In this document: positions 42,976-49,740 of the stretch, piece after piece | Layout of the letters: each line of letters begins with the position of its first letter | How positions within the stretch are numbered: position 1 is the stretch's first letter | DNA from: a virus | Virus record (IMG/VR): IMGVR_UViG_3300043688_000007 | DNA: 64,000 nucleotides | Direction: 5' to 3' (one strand) | Made by a program: the position numbers and the translations under genes | Notes under the pieces: generated by a model | Databases searched by the model: none | Seen by the model: the letters and a program-made list of their open reading frames with translations, nothing else | What the model was told of the DNA's origin: nothing

Positions 42976-43235
42976 TACCGTGCCGCAGCTACGTCCCTGG
43001 ACTCATCCGCATCAACGCAGCCGCATGCGAGAGTCGCGTACCAGCAACGACCGCCTGCGAATCCGATGTAGTCGCCGGTCTCGACGATTTCCTGCATCCC
43101 GTGCTCTGCCGGATTGCGAGGGCAGATCGTAACGGAGTCGATCTTGTTGCAGGACTCGTGTACACAGACACGGAGGAAGTCCTGCTCGTCATAGCAGGTT
43201 GGCCCGGCCATGATGTTGTCCTTGGTGACGCTCAC
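42975..43235 (-). CDS. Hypothetical Cys-rich protein
   Basis: 86 aa. 1-nt and 4-nt overlaps with neighbours. Confidence 0.5.
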   Translation of the reverse strand: MSVTKDNIMAGPTCYDEQDFLRVCVHESCNKIDSVTICPRNPAEHGMQEIVETGDYIGFAGGRCWYATLACGCVDADESRDVAAAR

Positions 43236-43471
43236 AGGTAGTTCACCCCGTTGAACAGCGCGGCCACAGCCGGGGCCTGACCCCAGCCGTATCCGATCGC
43301 GCCTGGAACAGCGGCTCCATCATCGGAGTCGGCAGGGAAGTACGCGCCATAGACGATCGGCCCAGCTGACGTGCTGCCGTCAGCCTCATCACGCTTGCCG
43401 TAGAGCCTCCCGACCGCGACCCTGATGCCTCCGAACTTGAATTCCTCGACTTCATCGAATTCGATGTCCAT
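43232..43471 (-). CDS. Hypothetical protein (79 aa)
   Basis: Start MDIEFDEVEEFKFGG after GGAAAGG. The upstream part of the listed ORF covers the promoter. Confidence 0.55.
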   Translation of the reverse strand: MDIEFDEVEEFKFGGIRVAVGRLYGKRDEADGSTSAGPIVYGAYFPADSDDGAAVPGAIGYGWGQAPAVAALFNGVNYL

Positions 43472-43520
43472 CTTGCTGCCTTTCCTGCCTTGCCGGGCTG
43501 CCTCGCCCGCGCCTACGTCG

Positions 43521-43550
43521 AGTATATCGTACTTTCGTTCGAACGTCGAA
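43521..43550 (-). promoter_or_regulatory. Class I promoter TTCGAC-N18-TATACT
   Basis: On the - strand: CGATTCGACGTTCGAACGAAAGTACGATATACT. Confidence 0.5.
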
Positions 43551-43617
43551 TCGTCGCCGTGCAAACGGGAGAGCCGGGGCGGCTCTGCACCACCCCGACC
43601 GACCTGGCCGCGCGGAG

Positions 43618-43857
43618 TCATGCGTCCGTGTCACCTTGGATTGGAGCCTCACCCGGCACGAGGCCCCAGACATCATCCCAGTGCACCTTCGTGTGCTCGT
43701 GCGGAGTACCGACGTTGAAGAGCGCGCAGTCAAACTCCTCGTTGCCGTCCTCGTCCGTCTCGATGTCATCGATCTCGCTGCCAGTCCCGAGGATGCAGTT
43801 GTCGCATGGGCATGGGCAGTTGGGACCCGAGCATGGTATTCCTTCGTGCATGCACAT
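43618..43857 (-). CDS. Hypothetical Cys-rich acidic protein
   Basis: MCMHEGIPCSGPNCPCPCDNC... 79 aa. Confidence 0.5.
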   Translation of the reverse strand: MCMHEGIPCSGPNCPCPCDNCILGTGSEIDDIETDEDGNEEFDCALFNVGTPHEHTKVHWDDVWGLVPGEAPIQGDTDA

Positions 43858-43868
43858 TGTTTGACCTC

Positions 43869-44231
43869 CTAGATTGAATCCGCTAGCGTGTTGTGCGTGC
43901 CCCAGCGCAGCACCTTGACCGGCTGGAGCATCCCGACCGAATCGAAGACGCCAGACGTCGTGATGAAGCCGACGCGGATCGAGTTCATGGTCGGCTGCTT
44001 GAAGCTCGCCATCTCCACGACCTCGACGTCAGCGAACTTGTTGCAGCCCGCCTCCTTATCCTGCCAGCCGATCATCAGCAGGTCACCGGGCCGGATGTCG
44101 ATCGCCCGCGCGCCCCATACTGGCCACCAGCCCTCCATGCCTGGCTGCAGGACTCCCTTCGTCGCTTCCTGCTCCGCCAGCTTGGTGTGGGCTGGGCCAT
44201 ACGGTCCATAGCCCTCGTAGATGTCGCTCAC
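43869..44231 (-). CDS. Hypothetical protein
   Basis: GTG start in GTGA overlap. 120 aa. Confidence 0.55.
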   Translation of the reverse strand: MSDIYEGYGPYGPAHTKLAEQEATKGVLQPGMEGWWPVWGARAIDIRPGDLLMIGWQDKEAGCNKFADVEVVEMASFKQPTMNSIRVGFITTSGVFDSVGMLQPVKVLRWGTHNTLADSI

Positions 44232-44353
44232 TTGTTCAGCTCCTCCTTGGTAGCTGCGTCCACCTCGGCATCTGCCGCGAGGACGTCTTCAGTTGTGCCT
44301 TCGATCAGCGCTGTGCAGTACCAGCGTAGCGCGGCATCGCAACGAGCACTCAT
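44228..44353 (-). CDS. Small protein (41 aa; below cutoff)
   Basis: AAGGAGG RBS. MSARCDAALRWYCTALIEGTTEDVLAADAEVDAATKEELNK. ATGA/GTGA coupling. Confidence 0.45.
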   Translation of the reverse strand: MSARCDAALRWYCTALIEGTTEDVLAADAEVDAATKEELNK

Positions 44354-44508
44354 GCCGTTGCCTCCTTGACCTCATCGATCGTTACCGGCTCGAAGGCACC
44401 GCCGGTCTCCAGCCAGCCCTCGATGTCCTCGCGGTCAGGCTCCCAGCCAGCCATCGTTGTAACCCGGAGCGTCACCCTGACGTCCCAAGTCTTGTCCTGC
44501 ATCGGCAT
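44350..44508 (-). CDS. Small protein (52 aa)
   Basis: MPMQDKTWDVRVTLRVTTMAGWEPDREDIEGW... TGATG overlap upstream. Confidence 0.45.
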   Translation of the reverse strand: MPMQDKTWDVRVTLRVTTMAGWEPDREDIEGWLETGGAFEPVTIDEVKEATA

Positions 44509-44855
44509 CACACACGCTCCAGATTTGCAGCCGGAACGCCGACGACCTGCGCAAAGCGCTCGGTGATCCGGCCTCTGTAGTACCGGTCGTCGATCCGCAC
44601 CATGATGTCGCCGCGACGCCGCGAAATCCGGTCCTTGACCACAGTCCCGGTCCTGCCATTCATGTACTTGGGGCTCAGGTTGTGCAGCCGAACCGCATCG
44701 CCGTGCTTGAACTCCAGCATGTTCCTCGCGCCGCGCTCGCTCTTGAGCCACTCGCGCCTAGCGCGGATTGCCTCCGCGAGTGCTTCGAGACCTTCATCCC
44801 AGTAACCTGCCTGGATGTCGTCAAAGATACTCGCGCTTCCGAGAGCACCTGCCAT
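44508..44855 (-). CDS. Hypothetical protein
   Basis: Start MAGALGSASIFDD 7 nt after GGAGGG. Confidence 0.5.
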   Translation of the reverse strand: MAGALGSASIFDDIQAGYWDEGLEALAEAIRARREWLKSERGARNMLEFKHGDAVRLHNLSPKYMNGRTGTVVKDRISRRRGDIMVRIDDRYYRGRITERFAQVVGVPAANLERV

Positions 44856-44954
44856 TGTCATTCCCTCCTGCATTTCCGCCTGCCTTCCTACCGGCAAGTC
44901 TAGCCGGAATCGCGCTCGCGGTCGAGATCAAGCGCGACTCCAGCTAGGCCGTCG

Positions 44955-45155
44955 CTAGGCGTTTGCACCTCGGAGTAGTTCGGCCGTTTCCTCCGAGGAG
45001 ACGTCACGCGACTCCGTTTCGACTTGACTCACGAGCATAACGATCTGTCCTTCACGGAGGAATGCATCGCCGGGCTTTGCATTCGCCGCGCTAAGGACGA
45101 TTTCGCCGAGGCTTGCACCGTCGAGGAACGTAACTCGCTTCGGGTCGATCTGCAT
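44955..45155 (-). CDS. Hypothetical protein
   Basis: GAAGGAG RBS. 66 aa. First gene after the class II block at 45207. Confidence 0.55.
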   Translation of the reverse strand: MQIDPKRVTFLDGASLGEIVLSAANAKPGDAFLREGQIVMLVSQVETESRDVSSEETAELLRGANA

Positions 45156-45190
45156 CTCGCGTTCTCCTTCGTTCTTGACCCGCCGTTCGG

Positions 45191-45238
45191 CGGACGTTAC
45201 TACTAACGTAGTAACGTCCTAACGGCCGGATTTATTCC
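45191..45238 (-). promoter_or_regulatory. Class II 32-nt promoter-like block plus 11-bp inverted repeat
   Basis: On the - strand: GGGAATAAATCCGGCCGTTAGGACGTTACTAC. Overlaps the inverted repeat ggacgttacta-(6 nt)-tagtaacgtcc (45191-45218). Confidence 0.5.
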
Positions 45239-45302
45239 CGCCCGCTGCAACGCGCCCCGGGTCGAAGGGCTTGCACCACCCGACCGGGCTGCACGCTGAC
45301 GT

Positions 45303-45569
45303 TCAGCGAATGCCGAACAGCCACGCGGGCCACGGGTAGTACCAGGTGCGGCCGAAGAACTCGTGGTTGAAGATCGTTACGACTGCAGCCACAATCAGCC
45401 ATGCCAGCCATGCCTGCAGGAGAACGCCCCACCAGAACGGCAGCAGCCACCCGAAGAACACGAACATCAGGACGGTGCCTGCACCTCGGCTTGACTGTCC
45501 AACGTTGTTGTTGACAACCACCACAACGTTGCCGTCGCCGCTTGCCTCTACGGCCTTGTCATTCATCAT
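45303..45569 (-). CDS. Membrane protein (Trp-rich TMs)
   Basis: VLMFVFFGWLLPFWWGVLLQAWLAWLIVAAVV. Confidence 0.55.
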   Translation of the reverse strand: MMNDKAVEASGDGNVVVVVNNNVGQSSRGAGTVLMFVFFGWLLPFWWGVLLQAWLAWLIVAAVVTIFNHEFFGRTWYYPWPAWLFGIR

Positions 45570-45668
45570 TGTACCTCTCTGTTGTGCCTCGCGCCTTCCG
45601 CAAGACTAGCCCGGGCCGGGATGGTGCAAGCCTCGACCACCCCGACCCCAGCTGGCCTAGCGAATTTG

Positions 45669-45890
45669 CTAGCTGGCGTGCTCGCAGGTGACCACCGGGA
45701 GCTTGTCCTCGATGCTGCAGTAGTTCGAGTCCGTACCGATGCTGAAGCCGTGCACGCCGAGCACGTCATCGATCCTGATCAGGTGCGAGGTCATCACGAA
45801 GATGACAACGCCGACGATCACGAGCGCGATCAACCACGCCCATGCGAATCGCCTGTCGTAGACGGTTGACCTGACGTAGTGCGGGGTCAC
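45669..45890 (-). CDS. Membrane protein
   Basis: FAWAWLIALVIVGVVIFVM span. Confidence 0.5.
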   Translation of the reverse strand: MTPHYVRSTVYDRRFAWAWLIALVIVGVVIFVMTSHLIRIDDVLGVHGFSIGTDSNYCSIEDKLPVVTCEHAS

Positions 45891-46087
45891 TTGTCCTCCT
45901 CCACTTGCGGCTTGAGCTGGAGCCAGTAGGCGACACCGTCAACGGTCAACGCCATGGTTGCTGTCTCCGGGTCATAGGCGTCGTACACCGCGCCTGGGAA
46001 CGACGAGTCACGGCGGATTGCTTCCGCGACTCTGGCCAGCGCGTCATATGTCATCGACCACTGCTTGATGATCTTCCGGTTCATCAT
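45887..46087 (-). CDS. Hypothetical protein
   Basis: 66 aa. ATGA coupling on both sides. Confidence 0.5.
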   Translation of the reverse strand: MMNRKIIKQWSMTYDALARVAEAIRRDSSFPGAVYDAYDPETATMALTVDGVAYWLQLKPQVEEDK

Positions 46088-46200
46088 TCCTCCTTGTTGC
46101 TGTCTTCGTTGTCGTAGTCATTGCTGTGATAGTGAGCATGAGCGAAGGCGCACTCCCAGAGTGCGACCTTCCACTCAGCGACCGTCATGTGGTCTGGCAT
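46084..46200 (-). CDS. Small His-rich protein (38 aa; below cutoff)
   Basis: MPDHMTVAEWKVALWECAFAHAHYHSNDYDNEDSNKEE. Its stop overlaps the next ATG. Confidence 0.4.
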   Translation of the reverse strand: MPDHMTVAEWKVALWECAFAHAHYHSNDYDNEDSNKEE

Positions 46201-46201
46201 G

Positions 46202-46318
46202 TCAGCGGTCGACCCACCAACCGAGAGGCAGCTCAGCCTCCAGCTGCTCGATGTCGTCCGGGTGCACGTCGAGCATTGCCTGCTCGTTGTCAGCGTCGTC
46301 TCGCACGATGATGGTCAT
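46202..46318 (-). CDS. Small acidic protein (38 aa; below cutoff)
   Basis: AAGGGAG RBS. MTIIVRDDADNEQAMLDVHPDDIEQLEAELPLGWWVDR. Confidence 0.4.
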   Translation of the reverse strand: MTIIVRDDADNEQAMLDVHPDDIEQLEAELPLGWWVDR

Positions 46319-46335
46319 AGTGATCTTGATCTCCC

Positions 46336-46692
46336 TTACTTGCCCAGGGCGGCCAGCGCCGCCTTTGCCTTCTCGATAGCAGCTAGCGCTCGGTCTAGGT
46401 CACGCTGAGCCGCCGCGCGCTCTTGATCCGGCGTCCGCGTCGGACGCGGGGTGACAACCGGTCGGCGCGCTCGGGGTGGTGCAGCGCTACCGGCCGACGT
46501 ACCGGCTAGCAACCTCTCCGCGTACCCCGCGCCGTTGTCAGCCGACGCCGCTATCGCGTCGCGATGCACGACCGCCCGGGGGACGCGCCGATCTAGGACG
46601 TTCATCCGCCGGTTGCCCGCGCGGAACACATACCGGAACGGCACCTCGGCGGGCCATTCCTTCTCGTGACGGTCAGTCATGCTCCATAGCAT
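46336..46692 (-). CDS. Hypothetical protein
   Basis: Start MLWSMTDRHEKEW after GGGAGGA. Confidence 0.5.
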   Translation of the reverse strand: MLWSMTDRHEKEWPAEVPFRYVFRAGNRRMNVLDRRVPRAVVHRDAIAASADNGAGYAERLLAGTSAGSAAPPRARRPVVTPRPTRTPDQERAAAQRDLDRALAAIEKAKAALAALGK

Positions 46693-46702
46693 GGCATCCT
46701 CC

Positions 46703-46876
46703 CTACCACGGCGCGAGGTAGCCCCGCGCCTCACTCATCTTCTTGGCGTTACGCTCTGCACGTTCCCGGATTGGCGCGAATTTGCGCTCGACCCGAGTCC
46801 GCGCCTCGTCGCGGATAGCTGCAACGCGCTCGTTATCGCGGACGAGCGCCTCTGCATCCGCGTATCGGTTCTTCAT
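46703..46876 (-). CDS. Small basic helical protein (57 aa; below cutoff)
   Basis: MKNRYADAEALVRDNERVAAIRDEARTRVERKFAPIRERAERNAKK... Confidence 0.45.
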   Translation of the reverse strand: MKNRYADAEALVRDNERVAAIRDEARTRVERKFAPIRERAERNAKKMSEARGYLAPW

Positions 46877-46884
46877 CTGCATCC

Positions 46885-47028
46885 TTACCGGAACGTCGCG
46901 AGGATAAGTGCAGCGCCCTCTGCACTTAGCGCGGGCATTGGCTGCATGCGCCGGTACTCCTGCATTTCCTCGATCAGCTCAAGAATGGCGTGGAACGGAA
47001 CCGCGCCGTATTCGTAGAGGTGCTGCAT
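46885..47028 (-). CDS. Small protein (47 aa; below cutoff)
   Basis: AGGGAG RBS. MQHLYEYGAVPFHAILELIEEMQEYRRMQPMP... Confidence 0.45.
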   Translation of the reverse strand: MQHLYEYGAVPFHAILELIEEMQEYRRMQPMPALSAEGAALILATFR

Positions 47029-47038
47029 CACGGACTCC

Positions 47039-47371
47039 CTATCCGACGAGGGCAGGCACGCGAACGCCGCCCCGCTTCTGCATCATCGCGGCTACCCGCG
47101 TCCGAATATCTGCAACCGTTAGGTCGCCGTCGTCGCTACGCGCGAGATTGCAATCTCGGCACGCAGGTACGATGTTGTCCCTTCGGTAGCTACCGCCCGG
47201 GACGATCCGGTCAGCCTCAACCGTCGCCTCGGTTAGCTCGGTACCACACTCCCAGTAGCACGCGACTTTGACGCCGTCGCCGCCGAACCCCGACGCGGGG
47301 GATACCAACCACTCCCGCCTACGCCGACGGTCGGCGCTTGACCCTCGCCTATCGCCTCCGGCCCTAGCCAT
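47039..47371 (-). CDS. HNH endonuclease (small)
   Basis: CYWECGTELTEATVEADRIVPGGSYRRDNIVPACRDCNLARSD. First gene of the leftward early unit. Confidence 0.7.
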   Translation of the reverse strand: MARAGGDRRGSSADRRRRREWLVSPASGFGGDGVKVACYWECGTELTEATVEADRIVPGGSYRRDNIVPACRDCNLARSDDGDLTVADIRTRVAAMMQKRGGVRVPALVG

Positions 47372-47405
47372 CCCGCTACCTCCCGCGCCTAGTTGACGCT
47401 TCGAA

Positions 47406-47457
47406 CTTTCGTACTCCGTACGAAAGTACTAACGTACGAAACCCCGGAAAAATTCCC
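47406..47457 (-). promoter_or_regulatory. Class II 32-nt promoter-like block plus 9-bp inverted repeat, start of the leftward early transcription unit
   Basis: On the - strand: GGGAATTTTTCCGGGGTTTCGTACGTTAGTAC, followed by the palindrome ctttcgtac-tcc-gtacgaaag (47406-47426). Confidence 0.5.
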
Positions 47458-47639
47458 GAAATTTGCTTAGTTCGCGTAACGATTTAGTAACGGCCAAAAC
47501 CAACCTCGCCGGGCGCGAAAAGGATCAATCGCTCGATACCGAACGACATGATGCCCGGGGCCCAGCTAGGCTCGTGCTCACAGCTATGCGACGCGCGGAT
47601 GTGCTCGACCTAGGTCGGCGTTCGTGATGCCACGAGGGT

Positions 47640-48060
47640 CAAAGCGGTCGAGTGTAGTCGAGTACCAACTAGGCCGGGCCCGGCTAACCTACAAGTCCTA
47701 CCGGATCACTAGGCAATGATCTCGAAACCGTCAATCCCGACCGTCAAGCTAGGGAATGCACTTCCCCGACCGCGACCGGTCGAGTGTAGTCGACCTCCCG
47801 GCCCGGGGCCTCATGTAGTCGACCTTACTCGACTACAACCCTCGCTCGGGATCGAAGCGTCAACCGGTCGACTAGGGTCGACTACATGACCGCCCGGCCC
47901 GGGCGAAAGACGTCAATCCCGACCGGTTCGGTAGACTACATTCCCGACCGGTTCGGTAGGTTTGACGTTCGGGCCCCGGACGCGCGCCGCGCCGCCGAGA
48001 TGTAGTCGACCCTAGTTGACCCTAGGCTTGTGTAGTCTAGGGTAGTCGGGGGACCTAACT
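47640..48060. repeat. Dispersed GTAGTCGAC motifs in both orientations, paired with GGCCCGGGCC-type GC palindromes and other short direct repeats
   Basis: gtgtagtcga at 47652, 47784, 47814 and 48001. Inverted gtcgactac at 47829 and 47877. gtcaatcccgaccg x2. tcccgaccggttcggtag x2. ccgggcccgg-like palindromes after several copies. Confidence 0.7.
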
Positions 48061-48197
48061 TAAAAAAGTTCGTCTTTTCGGCCGAAACCGGGAACTTACG
48101 GCGGAAGGGAAGCGTTATAGGTAGTAGTTCGGTTAGTTCGGTTCGGGAGGTTAGCGCGAGCGGTTCGCGCGCCCGTACCGTGGAAGGTAGGTTTACG

Positions 48198-48599
48198 ATG
48201 AAAGCTCTTACGGAGTACGCGCGAGAGTCCGCTAGCCCGACGATGGAAGCGTTTGCCGACTTCCTTATCTCGGAGGTCTACGGCGGGACCCTCCCGAGGG
48301 GGATTGACGAAAAGGCGTTCCGCGAGGGGGTCCGCCTCGGCGGCTCGACGCGCGGTTTCTTCCAGAAGTCGGAGTACTGGAAGAACGACGCGCGTAACTA
48401 CCTCGCGAACGTCGACGCGCGACGCGCGGAGCGGGCGGCAGAGCGCGCCGAGAAGGCTAAGGCGTCGGCCGAGAAGGCGCGCCTACGGGCCGAGAAGGCG
48501 ATCGCGGACGCCGAGGCGATCGCCGAGGCGGCCCGCGCGAAGCTCGCCGCGCTAGCGGACGACGCGGACGACGCGGACGACGCGGAGGACGCCGCGTAG
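48198..48599 (+). CDS. Paralog B of the 25019..25711 family (conserved N domain + Ala/Glu/Arg coiled coil + poly-Asp tail)
   Basis: Start MKALTEYARE after GGAAGG. LTEYARESASPTMEAFADFLISEVYGGTLPRGIDEKAFREGVRLGGSTRGFFQKSEYWKNDARN. It is the only gene inside the repeat hub. Confidence 0.6.
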   Translation: MKALTEYARESASPTMEAFADFLISEVYGGTLPRGIDEKAFREGVRLGGSTRGFFQKSEYWKNDARNYLANVDARRAERAAERAEKAKASAEKARLRAEKAIADAEAIAEAARAKLAALADDADDADDAEDAA

Positions 48600-48615
48600 T
48601 TCGAACGTTCGAACG

Positions 48616-48643
48616 AAACCCGGCCGGGAAACCGGCCGGGTTT
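48616..48643 (+). terminator. Rho-independent-type terminator
   Basis: aaacccggccgg-gaaa-ccggccgggttt, followed by a T-rich stretch. Confidence 0.7.
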
Positions 48644-48700
48644 TCGTATTTTCGGACGCCCGGATTTTCGAATATTAGTACGTATCGCCTAACGATATAT

Positions 48701-48957
48701 CGCGTTCGTTCGTACGTTCGTTCGATCGCTCGTTCGTTCGAACCCTCCCGGATCGCGGCCGGATTTTCGAACGTTCGTTCGTTCGCTCGTTCGTTCGAAT
48801 CGTCCTCGGAATCTGGGCGCGGTTCGAACGTTCGTTCGTTCGCTCGTTCGTTCGAACCGGCCCCGGGGAAAGTCCATCTTTTCGAACGGCCGTTCGATCG
48901 AACGTACGAACGTATCGTAGCACGATATACCGCGTCCGTTCGAACGTTCGTTCTAGC
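48701..48957. repeat. (CGTT)n / TTCGAA-rich blocks
   Basis: Three ~35-43-bp blocks (48701-48743, 48766-48800, 48823-48857). The last two are identical over ~34 nt: ttcgaacgttcgttcgttcgctcgttcgttcgaa. Flanked by CGTATCG..CGATATA.CGCG direct repeats. Confidence 0.7.
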
Positions 48958-49437
48958 GTACGGTCGACTAGGGTCAACTCTAGCCGGGTACGGTCGAGCG
49001 TAGTCGACTAGGGTCAACTACGCTCGGGTAGGGTAGAGTGTAGTCGAGTAGGTACTACCCTAGTTGACGCTAGACGGGTGTAGTCGACTAGGTACTACCC
49101 TAGTTGACGCTAGACGGGTGTAGTCGACTAGGTACTACCCTAGTTGAGACTAGACGGGTGTAGCCGAGGCTAGACGGGCGTAGGTGACTATAGGCGGGTG
49201 TAGTCGACCCCGGGCGAGTGTAGTTGACCTTACCCTAGTGTACTCTAGCCTAGTCGAGTGTAGTCGACCCCAGGCGGGTGTAGTCGACCCTAGCCGACCA
49301 TAGTTGAGGCTAGACGAGTGTAGTCGACCCTAGCCGGGCGCGCTTGACCCTAGTCGAGTGTAGTCGACCCCGGTCGAGTGTAGTTGACCCCACTCGACTA
49401 CAGTCGAGCCCACTCGGTGGGGGTCGACCCCCTTGCA
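48958..49437. repeat. Helically phased array of about 45 TAGTCGAC-type decamers (with 20-bp and 40-bp super-periods)
   Basis: Nearly every 10th base from 48961 to 49430 starts a decamer such as tagtcgaccc, tagttgacgc or tagacgggtg. GTGTAGT[C/T]GAC at 49038, 49078, 49118, 49198, 49218, 49258, 49278, 49318, 49358 and 49378. Confidence 0.9.
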
Positions 49438-49740
49438 CCCGCGATGCCAGACCGGCGAAGCTGCCGCTGTGGCAAATCGGAAGCAATTGCCATGCCATGG
49501 TGATGCACTTCCCAGATGCCCCAGCGCGGGGGTATACTCGGTACTAGGCACCATCACGCATTCTGATGGGCGGGCGGCATTGTGATATATGTGTCTGCGA
49601 GACTCAGGTGGTGGTGCCCTAGCGCGCAAGCGAAGCGCGGGGTATAATCGCTTCATGCCACCATCATCAGCAGCGGGGCCAAGCCCAGCAGCACAGGGCG
49701 AAGTGGTAGGAGACCGGCTGGCGACAGCGTAGACAGATCA

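Noticed and set aside
48457-49017. 186-aa - strand ORF (plus 48675..48977 and 48689..48877) with striking NERTNERT/ERTFERT peptide repeats
   Set aside because: It is simply the translation of the (CGTT)n/TTCGAA DNA repeats and of the array. It has no RBS, sits antisense to a terminator, and its composition is dictated by the DNA repeat.
49038-49157. Three exact 40-bp direct repeats, considered as a possible CRISPR array
   Set aside because: The repeats are contiguous with no unique spacers, are part of a continuous 10-bp periodic array, and no cas genes or leader are present.
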